Shown: positions 22,904-33,903, counted from the stretch's first letter. The stretch: DNA of 64,000 nucleotides from an uncultured Bacilli bacterium (GCA_944368875.1 CALVXF010000022.1:217-64216); one strand, 5' to 3'. Made by a program: numbers and translations. Notes: generated by a model not told the origin, from the sequence alone.

Positions 22904-24076
22904 ATGGATAAATTAATTTTAATTAAATATGGCGAATTGACAACTAAAAAGAAAAACCGCAAAACATTTATCAAAACTTTAAAAAACAATATTCTTAAAT
23001 TAGGAGGCAATAATATTACCGAAATTTGTGACATGTATGATCGCATGTATATCAAAACTAGTAATCCTATTTTGTTAGTTGAACAATTAAAGACCATTTT
23101 TGGAATCCATAGTATAGTTATTTGTCATAAAACGGAAACTGATATAGCAAGCATAAAACAGTTAATTATGAATATACTAAAAGAAAAAGAATTTAAAACA
23201 TTTAAAGTTGAAACCAAGCGTAGTTATAAGCAATTTCCACAAACAAGCATGGAAGTATCACGACATTTAGGTGGTTTTATTCTTAAAAATTTTATATCTA
23301 AAGTCGATGTCCATAATCCTGAATTGATAGTGTTTGTAGAAATTCACAAAGACTATACTTATGTTTATACAGATGAAATAAAAGGCTTAGGAGGATATCC
23401 AGTAGGAATACAAGGAAAAGGGCTTTTAATGTTAAGTGGTGGTATTGATTCACCTGTTTCAGGTTATTTAGCTTTAAAACGTGGGGTGGATTTAGAATGT
23501 CTATATTTTGAATCACCACCTCATACTAGTATAGAGGCTAAAAATAAAGTTTTAAAACTTGCTGATACAATAAATAAATATTCAGGCAATATCAAAGTTC
23601 ACATTGTCCCTTTTACTCGTCTTCAAGAAGAAATATATAAAAATGTTGACCCTAGTTATATCATTACAATTATGCGTCGCATGATGTATAGAATAGCTAC
23701 AATAGTTGCCAAAAAAAATAATTGTAAAGTTATTATTAATGGTGAATCAATAGGTCAAGTAGCAAGTCAAACTTTAACAAGTATGATTGCTATTAATAGT
23801 GTAACCAATTATCCTATAATTAGACCTGTTGCGTGTTTAGATAAGCTAGAAATAATTGACATAGCGAAAAAAATTGGAACGTATGAAACAAGTATTTTGC
23901 CTTTTGAAGATTGTTGTACAATCTTTTTACCAGATCATCCTATTATTAATCCCAATTTAAAACGTTGTGAAGAGATGGAACAAACATTTGATTATGAAAA
24001 ATTAATTGAAGAATGTGTTTCTAATATCGAAACAATTAAAAAATTAGAACCTGATAAATTTAGTGAATTACTATAA
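22904..24076 (+). CDS. thiI: tRNA 4-thiouridine(8) synthase ThiI
   Basis: THUMP domain and PP-loop SGGIDSPV. Preceded by an extended -10 TGGTATAAT at 22873..22881. Confidence 0.9.
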   Translation: MDKLILIKYGELTTKKKNRKTFIKTLKNNILKLGGNNITEICDMYDRMYIKTSNPILLVEQLKTIFGIHSIVICHKTETDIASIKQLIMNILKEKEFKTFKVETKRSYKQFPQTSMEVSRHLGGFILKNFISKVDVHNPELIVFVEIHKDYTYVYTDEIKGLGGYPVGIQGKGLLMLSGGIDSPVSGYLALKRGVDLECLYFESPPHTSIEAKNKVLKLADTINKYSGNIKVHIVPFTRLQEEIYKNVDPSYIITIMRRMMYRIATIVAKKNNCKVIINGESIGQVASQTLTSMIAINSVTNYPIIRPVACLDKLEIIDIAKKIGTYETSILPFEDCCTIFLPDHPIINPNLKRCEEMEQTFDYEKLIEECVSNIETIKKLEPDKFSELL

Positions 24077-24135
24077 TTTTCCAGTATTAATTAAAAACTT
24101 TCGGACATGCTATAAATGTACGGAGGTGAAAACAA

Positions 24136-24335
24136 TGGAAAACAACAAATTCGTTGTAAACGGTGCAAAACAAGCTATCGAACAAATGAAATATGAAATT
24201 GCTAATGAATTAGGAGTTAAAATGGGACCTGATGCTACAAGCAAAGCAAACGGACGTGTTGGTGGTGAAATCACTAAACGTTTAGTTAAAATGGGTGAAC
24301 AAAACTTAGGTGGAACTCATTATCAATCAAAATAA
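24136..24335 (+). CDS. small acid-soluble spore protein, alpha/beta type
   Basis: The [10 protein letters not shown] and GGEITKRLV motifs are diagnostic of alpha/beta SASPs. Own RBS GGAGGTG. Terminator hairpin AGATGG..CCATCT plus T-run at 24318..24347. Confidence 0.88.
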
Positions 24336-24420
24336 AGATGGTTATCCATCTTTTTTTGGTACTAATTACCACTAATAATAATTTTAATTGTGCCAATAAT
24401 ATAAATAAGGTGGTGAGATG

Positions 24421-24610
24421 TATGAATAACAAATTAAACGTTGCTGGATCTAAACAAGTTTTAGATACAATGAAATACGAAATCGCACGTGAACTAGGTG
24501 TTACATTAGGACCAGATACAACAAGTAGAGCTAATGGAACAGTTGGTGGCGAAATGACAAAAAGATTAGTAAATCTTGGTATGCAATCTATAAACGCTAA
24601 AAACTTTTAA
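24421..24610 (+). CDS. small acid-soluble spore protein, alpha/beta type (second tandem copy)
   Basis: [10 protein letters not shown] and [22 protein letters not shown]. Terminator AAGCATCATATGATGCTT plus T-run. Confidence 0.88.
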
Positions 24611-24705
24611 TCATAAGCATCATATGATGCTTTTTTTAATTAAAAAAAGATATTGTAATTTTAAAAAAAATCCTCTATAATAATATTAGAGAATAGGGGT
24701 GCTTT

Positions 24706-25404
24706 ATGGAAAATACAAAGAAGACTTTTTCACTTAATAACTTAGAAGTTAGATTATTTATTTCACGAATGCTATTTGGTTTATTAGCTGTATTTGGGAT
24801 TGTATTTATAATTATAGGCTTAGTTGCGATAATTAATGATATGGATATTAAAAATCGTTATGATAAAATAACTGGAACTGCTATTTCCAATATGGAAAAT
24901 AGTGATGGCTTATATATAACTACTTATGCTTATACATATAAAGATCAGACATATACAGTACAATCTGATTATGCTATTTTAGAAGAAACTGAAACAGGCA
25001 CAGAGCGTGTTATATATGTTAATCCTGATAATCCTAGTTTAGCTATTGTTAACACATTTAACGAAAATGTTTTCTTACTTGTTATTGGAGCGATGATGTT
25101 AGTAATTCCACTAGCATTATATATGATAGATTCCGATAGTCAAAAAGATGATAAAAATGCTTTGTTAAAAGCAATTTTAGTTGTTGTTTGTGGTATTTTA
25201 TTTTATATAGTATCAGGTATGCTAGTAAAATCATATATTCCAAGTATTATTTGGATTTATAGTCCGCTATTAGTAATAATGCCAATAATTTTTATCTTAA
25301 TGGGTATTTATGCTATTACTAAAGTTTTAATAATTAAAAAACAGGAAGATGAGAAAAAGAAACATCCTTTCCGTAATTTATTTAAAGTAAGAAAGAAAAA
25401 ATAA
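24706..25404 (+). CDS. hypothetical membrane protein (DUF3592-like)
   Basis: TM - beta-rich ectodomain - 3 TM architecture. No catalytic motifs recognised. Bidirectional terminator at 25406..25433. Confidence 0.5.
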   Translation: MENTKKTFSLNNLEVRLFISRMLFGLLAVFGIVFIIIGLVAIINDMDIKNRYDKITGTAISNMENSDGLYITTYAYTYKDQTYTVQSDYAILEETETGTERVIYVNPDNPSLAIVNTFNENVFLLVIGAMMLVIPLALYMIDSDSQKDDKNALLKAILVVVCGILFYIVSGMLVKSYIPSIIWIYSPLLVIMPIIFILMGIYAITKVLIIKKQEDEKKKHPFRNLFKVRKKK

Positions 25405-25434
25405 ACACCAAAAAAGGTGTTTTTTTTACTTGAA

Positions 25435-26016
25435 TTATTTATTTTCTGGATCTAATATAGCATCCACAATTCCATATTCTAAAGCTTGTTTGCTATCCAT
25501 AAAATTATCACGATCAGTATCTTTTATTATTTGTTTTAAAGGCTGACCAGTGTTTTTAGATAATATATTATTTAATTTATCACGTAATTTTAAAATACGT
25601 TCAGCTGCTATTTTGATATCAGTTGCTTGTCCTTCCGCACCACCTAATGGTTGATGAATCATAACCTCACCATTTGGTAAAATATACCTCTTACCTTTAT
25701 ATCCACTACTTAGTAGAAAAGCTGCCATGCTCGCTGCCATCCCAACGCAAATAGTCGCAACTTTGCTTTTTACCATATTCATTGTGTCATAAATAGCCAT
25801 CCCAGCTGTAACACTTCCTCCAGGGGAATTAATATAAATATTTATGTCATCATGATTAAGGGAATCCAAATATAATAATTCACCTACAACTATATTGGCA
25901 TTTTGATCGTTAATTTCGCCGCTTATTAAAATGATTCGGTCTTTTAATAGTCTTGAGTATAAATCATAAACGCGTTCTCCATTACTACTTTTTTCAATAA
26001 CACTAGGTATAAGCAT
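25435..26016 (-). CDS. clpP: ATP-dependent Clp protease proteolytic subunit
   Basis: Catalytic triad context [14 protein letters not shown] and overall ClpP signature. Confidence 0.95.
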   Translation of the reverse strand: MLIPSVIEKSSNGERVYDLYSRLLKDRIILISGEINDQNANIVVGELLYLDSLNHDDINIYINSPGGSVTAGMAIYDTMNMVKSKVATICVGMAASMAAFLLSSGYKGKRYILPNGEVMIHQPLGGAEGQATDIKIAAERILKLRDKLNNILSKNTGQPLKQIIKDTDRDNFMDSKQALEYGIVDAILDPENK

Positions 26017-26123
26017 AAAATTCCTCCTAAGATTATAATAGTCACTTCATGCCAAAAATATTCCATTAATTTTTATTTTCAATTTATTTAATAAATGTTA
26101 TAATAATAAACATAGGTGATTAG

Positions 26124-26837
26124 ATGAAGTATAAAGTTCTTATTGATAATTTTGAAGGCCCTTTAGATTTGCTTTTGCATTTAATTAAACAAAGTGATAT
26201 ATCTATAGTTGATATTAATATTGAAGAAATTACAAAACAATATTTAGATTATATTAATGCGATGGAAAATTTAAATCTCAATATTGCCAGTGAATATTTA
26301 GTGCTGGCTGCTGAGTTAATTGAAATGAAATCACAAATTTTACTTCCAAATCCTAAAAAGGAAAATGATGAATTTGAAGAAGATCCAAGAATACAACTTA
26401 TTAATCGCTTATTGGAATATGAAAAATATAAAAACAAGACTTCTGTATTTTCAAAAATGCAAGAAGAAAGACATATGCTTCATACAAGATTACCTTATGA
26501 TATGACTAATTATATAGATGAAGAACTTAATTTAGAAGATTTAACTTTAACTAATTTAATGCAAGCGTTATCTAATTTTTTAGAACGTAAAGAATTAGAA
26601 CAGCCACTCAATACTAAAATAACATCTAAAGAATACAGTGTACATAAACGCAGTGAAGAAATAAGAAAAATCATTAACCAAAAGCGAAAAATTACTTTTC
26701 ATGATTTATTTACAAGTTTTCAAAAGGACTATATAATTGTTACATTTTTAGCTATTCTTGAGTTAGCAAAAAAACAAGAGATTAAACTTGAACAAAGTAA
26801 TAATTTTAAAGAAATATATTTATTGGCAAAGGAGTAA
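26124..26837 (+). CDS. scpA: segregation and condensation protein A
   Basis: N-terminal FEGPLDLLLHLI kleisin motif. Followed by scpB. Confidence 0.85.
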   Translation: MKYKVLIDNFEGPLDLLLHLIKQSDISIVDINIEEITKQYLDYINAMENLNLNIASEYLVLAAELIEMKSQILLPNPKKENDEFEEDPRIQLINRLLEYEKYKNKTSVFSKMQEERHMLHTRLPYDMTNYIDEELNLEDLTLTNLMQALSNFLERKELEQPLNTKITSKEYSVHKRSEEIRKIINQKRKITFHDLFTSFQKDYIIVTFLAILELAKKQEIKLEQSNNFKEIYLLAKE

Positions 26838-26839
26838 TT

Positions 26840-27400
26840 ATGGATAAACAAGGAATTTTAGAAGGCTTATTATTTGTATCAGGAAGTGATGGAATTACTT
26901 TAGCTAAATTAGAAGAAGTATTAGAATTAAAACAAGAAGAAGTTTTAAAATTAATTGATGATTTAAAAGAAGTCTATAGTAGTAGTAAACATGGTATTGA
27001 TATTCAATATTTAGGTAATACTTATAAACTTACAACTAAAAGTGAACACAAAGATTTTTACAAACAGTTAGTATTAGATGAAAATAGTAATCTTTTAGGA
27101 CAATCAGCTTTAGAAACACTAGCAATTATTGCCTATAATGAACCTATAACAAGAGGGCATATAAATGAAATTCGTGGGGTTGATTCTTCTTATATAATTC
27201 GCAAATTAGTCTTGAAAAAACTAGTTGAAGAAGCAGGGCGTTCTGATCTTCCGGGAAGACCTATGTTATATAAAACAACGGATCAATTTTTAGATTATTT
27301 TGGATTAAAGTCAAAAGATGATTTACCAAAATTAGAAGCAACAGATGAAACAGATGAAGAAATAGAACTTTTTAATTCAAAATATAGTGAAATATTATAA
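26840..27400 (+). CDS. scpB: segregation and condensation protein B
   Basis: Tandem winged-helix ScpB motifs (LEGLLFVSG, LEALAIIAYNEPITR). Confidence 0.85.
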   Translation: MDKQGILEGLLFVSGSDGITLAKLEEVLELKQEEVLKLIDDLKEVYSSSKHGIDIQYLGNTYKLTTKSEHKDFYKQLVLDENSNLLGQSALETLAIIAYNEPITRGHINEIRGVDSSYIIRKLVLKKLVEEAGRSDLPGRPMLYKTTDQFLDYFGLKSKDDLPKLEATDETDEEIELFNSKYSEIL

Positions 27401-27423
27401 CAATTGTGTTATAATTATCACAT

Positions 27424-27509
27424 GCCGACCTGGCGGAATGGTAGACGCAGTGGATTCAAAATCCACCGATAGAGATATCATAAGGGTTCAAGTCCCTTGG
27501 TCGGTACCA
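27424..27509 (+). tRNA. tRNA-Leu (anticodon CAA), with encoded CCA
   Basis: Acceptor stem GCCGACC/GGTCGGT. Anticodon loop TTCAAAA. Long variable arm. T-loop GGTTCAAGTCC. Terminal ACCA. Confidence 0.9.
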
Positions 27510-27627
27510 TTATTAAAACTAACTCGCTTTATGTCTAATATCGAAGACATTTAATTTATGCGAGTTTTTTTAGTGCAATTTTCGCCATTATATAGTATAA
27601 TGATTATGATAATAGGAGGTTGATAGT

Positions 27628-29250
27628 GTGATTTTAAGAAAGCCTTATGCCTTTTTAATTAAGAATTTTAAAAAGATTCATGCAGTCATGGCTTTGATTT
27701 TGCTATATTTAGTTTATAAGTCTAGTAATCTTATGAGTTTTTTAAATGAATATGTAACTGATCAACCTAGTTATGTAGGAACAGAGATAACAGATACTTT
27801 ATTTAATACTTGGATGTTTTTATTACCTGTTTTAATTATTTTGGCATCTATTGTAGTTATTGTATTGATGGTTAATAAACAAAAACCATATAGATTTTAT
27901 TTTATCAATATTGTTTCTTCTATTTTTGTTATTGTCTATTATGCCTATGCTTTGAATGTTATAGGTGATTTGGAGTTGCGTTTAGTTGATATCCGTATTA
28001 TGCGGGCAGTTCGTGATTTGATTGTTGTTGTTTATGCATCACAACTAATTTCTACAATTGTTACTTTTGCTCGTGCAACTGGATTTAATATTAAACAGTT
28101 TGACTTTGGTAAAGACTTAAAAGAAATGGAAATTAAAGAAAGCGACCGTGAAGAGTTTGAAGTAGAACTAAATGTTGATACTGATAAAGCTAAGCGTAAA
28201 GCACGAAGGACGTTTCGTTTTTCACGTTATTATTATTTAGAAAATCGTTTGATAATTAATGGTGTAGTAGCTATTACATTTGTGATAGTTTGTTTTTCTT
28301 TGTTTATGAATAGTTTCGTTTATAACAAGACATATTCATCTAGTGAATATTTTAATACTAGAGATTTTACAATGCGGATTGAAGATGCTTATGTAACAAC
28401 TAAAGATAGCAAAAATAACATTATTACTGATGAAAATCATAGTTTAGTTGTCTTGCGTGTTAAAATAAAAAAACGCTATCAAAATAGTGATGACATAGAA
28501 TTGGATGTGGCAAAAACTGCCTTAAAGTTAGGTGATACGCGCTATTATCCAATTATGACTTATCGTGATAAATTAACTGATATTGGTACTTCATATGAAT
28601 ACCAAATTATAACAGATGAATATGAATATTATCTATTAACTTATCAAGTAGAAACAGTTAAATTAGATAGCAAAACTAAAGAATTCAATTATGTTGAAAA
28701 TATGGTGTTTACAAAAAGAGGCATTAACCCCAATATTATCCATATAGCTTTGAATTTTAAAAATTTAGATAGTGATATTGAAGCGAAAAACTATAACTTA
28801 GAAGAGGAAGTATCTTTTGATGAAAGTATTTTAAAAGAATCAAAACTTACTGTTTCTAGTGTCGAAATAAATAATACTTTTAAAAATACATATCAATACT
28901 GCAGTACTAGTAATACATGTTATGATATGGTTGAATACTTAAAACCTAGCGTAAATAGTAATTATGATAAAACCCTTATTAAGTTTAGTTATCAATTAAT
29001 TAAAGATGAAACACTAACAACAAATACCATCAATAATTTGTATAATTTATTAAATGCATATGCAACAATCGAATATAAAATAGATGGTGTAGTTAAAAGG
29101 CAAACATCAGGTTTTGGTCAAGTCGTACCAACCAAAACCAAAGAAGATAATGTTGCATACATTGAAGTTGTTGATGAAGTTGCAAAAGCAAATGGAATAA
29201 ACTTGATATTAAAAGTAAGAAATAGTGAATATATTATCAAATTAAAGTAG
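27628..29250 (+). CDS. polytopic membrane protein with large C-terminal extracytoplasmic domain (first gene of the island)
   Basis: GTG start 8 nt after AGGAGG. About 5 TM helices followed by a soluble domain of about 310 aa. No recognisable family. Confidence 0.55.
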   Translation: MILRKPYAFLIKNFKKIHAVMALILLYLVYKSSNLMSFLNEYVTDQPSYVGTEITDTLFNTWMFLLPVLIILASIVVIVLMVNKQKPYRFYFINIVSSIFVIVYYAYALNVIGDLELRLVDIRIMRAVRDLIVVVYASQLISTIVTFARATGFNIKQFDFGKDLKEMEIKESDREEFEVELNVDTDKAKRKARRTFRFSRYYYLENRLIINGVVAITFVIVCFSLFMNSFVYNKTYSSSEYFNTRDFTMRIEDAYVTTKDSKNNIITDENHSLVVLRVKIKKRYQNSDDIELDVAKTALKLGDTRYYPIMTYRDKLTDIGTSYEYQIITDEYEYYLLTYQVETVKLDSKTKEFNYVENMVFTKRGINPNIIHIALNFKNLDSDIEAKNYNLEEEVSFDESILKESKLTVSSVEINNTFKNTYQYCSTSNTCYDMVEYLKPSVNSNYDKTLIKFSYQLIKDETLTTNTINNLYNLLNAYATIEYKIDGVVKRQTSGFGQVVPTKTKEDNVAYIEVVDEVAKANGINLILKVRNSEYIIKLK

Positions 29251-29297
29251 AAAATATAATAAATGTATGTTATAATTATAAAGTGGAGGATGGTAAG

Positions 29298-29957
29298 ATG
29301 AAAAGACTATTATTTATAATGGCTCTAGTATTTTTGCTATTCCCATTGAAAGTAGAAGCTACTTGGTATTGTGATTATAAAGATTTAGCTGAACTTAAAG
29401 CAATTGCTACTAATATTAAGTATATTTATGATTATCGTATTGAAAGTGACAAAGCTCTTTTTACAATTACTCTTACTAATATTTATAAAGAGTTTTATGT
29501 TTATGATGTTAAAAATAATAAATATTACTATCCTGATCAAAATAAAGATATAAGTGAAATCACAATCGATGGATATCAAAGTGGAATTTCTTATAATTTC
29601 GTTATTTACACAACACGTGAAAAATGTGAAGAAGAAACTGTTTATTCCTTTTATGTGACGTTACCAACTTATAACAAGTATTATCTTGATCCCTTGTGTG
29701 AAGGATATGAAAATTATAGTTTGTGTCAGAAATGGAATAATTTGGGAAATATGAGTTATGAAGAATTTAAAGATGATATGCAAGCCTATATAGATTCTTT
29801 AAAAGAACAGGAAGAAGCAAAAGAAGAGGATGATTTTTCGATATATTGGCTTTTAGAATTTTATTTAAAATATTATATGTATATTTTACCTAGTTTAATA
29901 GGAATATTATTAGTAACAATCTATGTGATATCTAAAAAAGATGATATCAAGTTTTAA
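29298..29957 (+). CDS. secreted/C-terminally anchored Cys-containing protein
   Basis: Signal peptide MKRLLFIMALVFLLFPLKVEA after a GGAGG RBS. C-terminal TM anchor. Conserved Cys residues. Confidence 0.5.
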   Translation: MKRLLFIMALVFLLFPLKVEATWYCDYKDLAELKAIATNIKYIYDYRIESDKALFTITLTNIYKEFYVYDVKNNKYYYPDQNKDISEITIDGYQSGISYNFVIYTTREKCEEETVYSFYVTLPTYNKYYLDPLCEGYENYSLCQKWNNLGNMSYEEFKDDMQAYIDSLKEQEEAKEEDDFSIYWLLEFYLKYYMYILPSLIGILLVTIYVISKKDDIKF

Positions 29958-29969
29958 AGGAAGTGAAAC

Positions 29970-32666
29970 ATGAAGAAATTGAAAGTAATTATAAAAAGAC
30001 ATTGGTATTTTCATTTTATGCTTTTAGCTATGTCAACACTTTGCTTGTCACTACATTTTGATAGTGTTAATGCGATGATGGTTTCTAATGGCCAATTAGC
30101 AGGTTCTGGTCTACCAGGAAGCAGCACTAGTACAGAAAAGTCACTTTATACAGCGACATTAAATAAAGGCGAATTTTTAGCTAAAACACCATTTACCTAT
30201 TTCCGTAGTAGTAATATGGCCCATTGGACAATTAACGGGGAAACAGCTTTTTGTATCGATGTTTATATCGATTATAATAAAAACATGAGTTTATATCGTC
30301 ATTCGCTTTATGAAGAATTTACTTTTTTTGAAGCAATTACAGTAAAACGGATTTTAAACTATGTTGACCTTCATAAAAGTGAAGATAACTCTATTTATGC
30401 GATTGCCCAAGCTTTAGTTTGGGGTATTCGAGAAAATGTTGGCGTTGATTTGCTTTTAAAAAGTGAAGCAACGAGGGACTTAGCTTATCAAGCTTATGCA
30501 GCGTATCGTGGCTTTGTACAAAAAAATGGCGAATACCCAGACATGGGGCCTGAAGAAAAAGCATATGTTGATAATGTATTAGCAGGTATGTGTGTTTCAA
30601 GTGCTGCTGGGACTTTCTATGTATATTATTCAGCTTGTGGTAATGAGTCTGATGAATGGCAACGCTATGTTACAAAAGCGCCAGGGACTTTATGTATTGG
30701 AGCTGAATGTGAGATAGATTGTGGTGAAGAAGGAGAAGGATGTAATAATACGCCAACTGTAAGTCTTGGTGGCAAGTGTGAAGGTGGAAGTTTCTTTGAT
30801 GATACTAACAATTGGGAATGTATTCAAGGAGACAGTCAATTTAAAGATACTTCGATTGCTGGTGAAAATAATCCTTATTGTACTTTCTTCTGTCGGGAAA
30901 CAGTTAATTTTAATTTTCCAGCTAGTAATTTCACTTTTTATGGAGGACAATATTTTACGATCGGTTCATCGGTAGCTGGTAATACATGGGGACCTATTTC
31001 CGTTTATGGTATTCGTAATTGCCGTAGTTATTATAAGGAAAATTCTGGTGATACTAATTATATACCAGGTATTGATTGGACACAATTTTTAGCCGATATT
31101 AAAAGCGATAACAATGCTATTAAAGCGGCTTATAATAAATGGAAAACAGCTCAAGGAGAGTTAGAGGCTTTAAAGAAGGCCAAAAAATATGTTACTAGAA
31201 AGGATTGTAATCCTTCTAATAATTTAAAACTAGAGATTGAAGATGAAGATTTAGATAAAGTTGAATGCGAATGCGCTAATGGTGGAACTTATCTTCCTGG
31301 AGCAAATAAATGCTTTGCTATTGTAAATTGGACAATTAGTATGGAAGAACCAGAAAGTTGTAGCTATGAAAAATATAAAGATATTACCTTACTATATGAA
31401 AATAATAAGTGGTATGTCACTAGAGATTCTCTAGAGTACTGGTATCCAACACAATCTAGTACGCAAGTAAATGCTGATGGTAATAAATTTTATCCACGAG
31501 TTTTTTATGAATATAATGCTAATTTGCATACTTATGGTAAGTGTGTAGCTTCTAGTAGTTCTTATAGTATAGATAAAGAAATTAGTAATAAACAAAAAGA
31601 AGTTAATAGTTTGTATAATGCTTATCGTAGCTTAACTGATAAAAGTCAGGCTAAGATTAATAATATTAAGGCTTGCGCGGGATCAACTGCTAAGTATAAT
31701 TTAAATCCTGTTATTACTTATAGATATGATGATTCTGAGTTTTTCAAATCTGGAACTTTAACTTCATCGGGATCAAGTTCTAGTGTTTCAAAGCAGACAA
31801 CGAATAAAGAAGCTGGAGAGATTAGTTATTCTTTATTAACTTGTACCAATGATGGTGGTTGTAAAACAAAAAGTTATACAATTACAGGATTGAAATTAAA
31901 AAATGTTACATCTAATGAGATAACTATTACAAGTCGTTCGACTTATACTTTAGGCAATACAGGGTATCGTTATGCTCTTAAAAGTAGAGGACAAGTTATT
32001 GGCTCAGTCAATGATGAGTTAAAGGGGGCTTATGTTGATTTAGGCGATGATGTCATTCCTTTAAGTTATACTTTGAAGACAGGATATTATAATATTGTTC
32101 TAAATTATTCTAATATTGGACATAATGGATATTTTGATAAATATGTTTCGCAAATAGGTGGTAATACAGAATATGTTTGTCCATTTTATTTAAAGAATGA
32201 TATTTTAGGGTTTGAAGATGACCCAAATGATCCAGATTATTCTAAAACTGGCCCTATTGGTTTAGATATCATTTATCGTCCTATTCAATTGGGAGAACAA
32301 GATGTTGCTTTTCCTAGTATAGATGGTGATGGTAGAAAGCCTGGCTCTAATTGGATTGGGACAACTTCTACTGGGCAAAGCTATGTTGATGCATATATTA
32401 CTTATAATCGAGGAGTTGATGATTATGAAGTTTATGATTTAGAACCCTTATACACGATAGAAATGACGCCAACTGTAATTAAAAAAATTCGAGAATACAA
32501 TAAAAATGTTGGCGATTATAATGATTTTAATTTAACGTGCACAAACGGTAAACAATGTTATAGTTCATTCATTCATTCTGAATTTGACGAATATATAGGT
32601 GGTAGTTGTGGTGATTCAGGAAGTGGTGAATTTAACTCTTGTGTGACTAGTGGAGGTGGCAGTTAG
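29970..32666 (+). CDS. large (898 aa) secreted cysteine-rich protein, candidate adhesin / filament-associated protein
   Basis: N-terminal signal sequence. About 30 Cys in paired patterns (CEIDCGEEGEGC, VECECANGG). No LPXTG motif. Stop overlaps the next gene's GTG start. Confidence 0.55.
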   Translation: MKKLKVIIKRHWYFHFMLLAMSTLCLSLHFDSVNAMMVSNGQLAGSGLPGSSTSTEKSLYTATLNKGEFLAKTPFTYFRSSNMAHWTINGETAFCIDVYIDYNKNMSLYRHSLYEEFTFFEAITVKRILNYVDLHKSEDNSIYAIAQALVWGIRENVGVDLLLKSEATRDLAYQAYAAYRGFVQKNGEYPDMGPEEKAYVDNVLAGMCVSSAAGTFYVYYSACGNESDEWQRYVTKAPGTLCIGAECEIDCGEEGEGCNNTPTVSLGGKCEGGSFFDDTNNWECIQGDSQFKDTSIAGENNPYCTFFCRETVNFNFPASNFTFYGGQYFTIGSSVAGNTWGPISVYGIRNCRSYYKENSGDTNYIPGIDWTQFLADIKSDNNAIKAAYNKWKTAQGELEALKKAKKYVTRKDCNPSNNLKLEIEDEDLDKVECECANGGTYLPGANKCFAIVNWTISMEEPESCSYEKYKDITLLYENNKWYVTRDSLEYWYPTQSSTQVNADGNKFYPRVFYEYNANLHTYGKCVASSSSYSIDKEISNKQKEVNSLYNAYRSLTDKSQAKINNIKACAGSTAKYNLNPVITYRYDDSEFFKSGTLTSSGSSSSVSKQTTNKEAGEISYSLLTCTNDGGCKTKSYTITGLKLKNVTSNEITITSRSTYTLGNTGYRYALKSRGQVIGSVNDELKGAYVDLGDDVIPLSYTLKTGYYNIVLNYSNIGHNGYFDKYVSQIGGNTEYVCPFYLKNDILGFEDDPNDPDYSKTGPIGLDIIYRPIQLGEQDVAFPSIDGDGRKPGSNWIGTTSTGQSYVDAYITYNRGVDDYEVYDLEPLYTIEMTPTVIKKIREYNKNVGDYNDFNLTCTNGKQCYSSFIHSEFDEYIGGSCGDSGSGEFNSCVTSGGGS

Positions 32667-33067
32667 TGAAGGAATCCTTTTGGGGTGTGTTTATTGTAGG
32701 TTTAGGTGTTACAGCAATTGCTTTTATTTATCTTTTTCAAAATATAACTAGTACAGACGAACACAATTATAATATTCTCAAAGAAACAACCGAAGCGGCG
32801 ATGATTGATGCTTTTGATTTAGCTAGTTATCGTTATGATGGAACAATCAGAATTGATAGAGAGAAGTTTGTGGAAAACTTTTATCGTCGTTTTGCTGAAA
32901 ATGCTAGTTTATCTAGAACATATTATATAGATATATATGATGTTAATGAGGAACCACCAAAAGTAAGTATAAAAGTTTCAAGTACTGAAAAATCAAATAT
33001 TACAGATGATGTGATGGAATTTGATATAGTAAATCAATTAGATGCTATATTAGAAGTTCCATATTAG
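32666..33067 (+). CDS. small N-terminally anchored extracytoplasmic protein
   Basis: GTG start overlapping the upstream stop. Single N-terminal TM followed by a domain of about 100 aa. Confidence 0.45.
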   Translation: MKESFWGVFIVGLGVTAIAFIYLFQNITSTDEHNYNILKETTEAAMIDAFDLASYRYDGTIRIDREKFVENFYRRFAENASLSRTYYIDIYDVNEEPPKVSIKVSSTEKSNITDDVMEFDIVNQLDAILEVPY

Positions 33068-33082
33068 AAAGGATAAAAAAAT

Positions 33083-33901
33083 ATGAATATAGTAACAAGT
33101 ATTACAAGATTTTTAAAAAATAAGAATATTGTCACAATCATGGGGGTTGTTGCGGTTGTGGCTATTTTGTATTTTGGTTATAACTATCAAATAAATCAAC
33201 AAACAAGCCCTATTTCTATTCCGGTTGCAAAAGAAACTATTCAACCGGGGACTTTAATAACTAGTGATATGATAACTTCTATTAGTATTCCTAGAATGGG
33301 AGTTTCTAGTAATGTTATTAGAAGTGCTAGTAGTATTGTTGGTAAATACACCAATTATAATACAGTGATACCAGCAGGATCAATGTTTTATACTGATGTT
33401 GTAATTGATCGCGAAGATTTACCTAATTCTTCTTTTACACAAGTTAAAGAAGGTGATGTCGTTTTTAATTTAAATGTTACGACTGAATCAACTTATGGTA
33501 ATTCTATTTTTCCAGGAGATTACATCGATATTTATATGAAAGCTGAAGATGATTCAGGTCAAATCATGGTAGGTAAGTTAGTTGAAAATATCGAAGTTTT
33601 AGCTTTAAAAGATTCTTCAGGACAAAATGTTTTTGAAGATAGTAGTGAAAGTAGATCACCTGCTTATATGATTTTTGGAGTTTCTTCAGAAATTCATATA
33701 TTACTTCGTAAAGCTCTTTATATGAGTGATTATAGTGTTGAACTTATTCCAGTCCCACATGGTGGTGAAATATTAGAAGAAGGAGAAACGCGTGTTAGTT
33801 CAACATATTTAAAAGAATTTATCAATTCTAAGACAGTTAATCTTCCAGTTGAAGATGACACTACTGTTGAAGAAGACAATTCTAATACAGAAGGAGAATA
33901 A
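33083..33901 (+). CDS. CpaB/RcpC-like (SAF domain) pilus assembly protein
   Basis: N-terminal TM followed by a SAF-like segment IPVAKETIQPGTLITSDMIT..IPR and a beta-rich domain. Sits immediately upstream of the TadA-like ATPase, as in Tad loci. Confidence 0.45.
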   Translation: MNIVTSITRFLKNKNIVTIMGVVAVVAILYFGYNYQINQQTSPISIPVAKETIQPGTLITSDMITSISIPRMGVSSNVIRSASSIVGKYTNYNTVIPAGSMFYTDVVIDREDLPNSSFTQVKEGDVVFNLNVTTESTYGNSIFPGDYIDIYMKAEDDSGQIMVGKLVENIEVLALKDSSGQNVFEDSSESRSPAYMIFGVSSEIHILLRKALYMSDYSVELIPVPHGGEILEEGETRVSSTYLKEFINSKTVNLPVEDDTTVEEDNSNTEGE

Positions 33902-33903
33902 TT

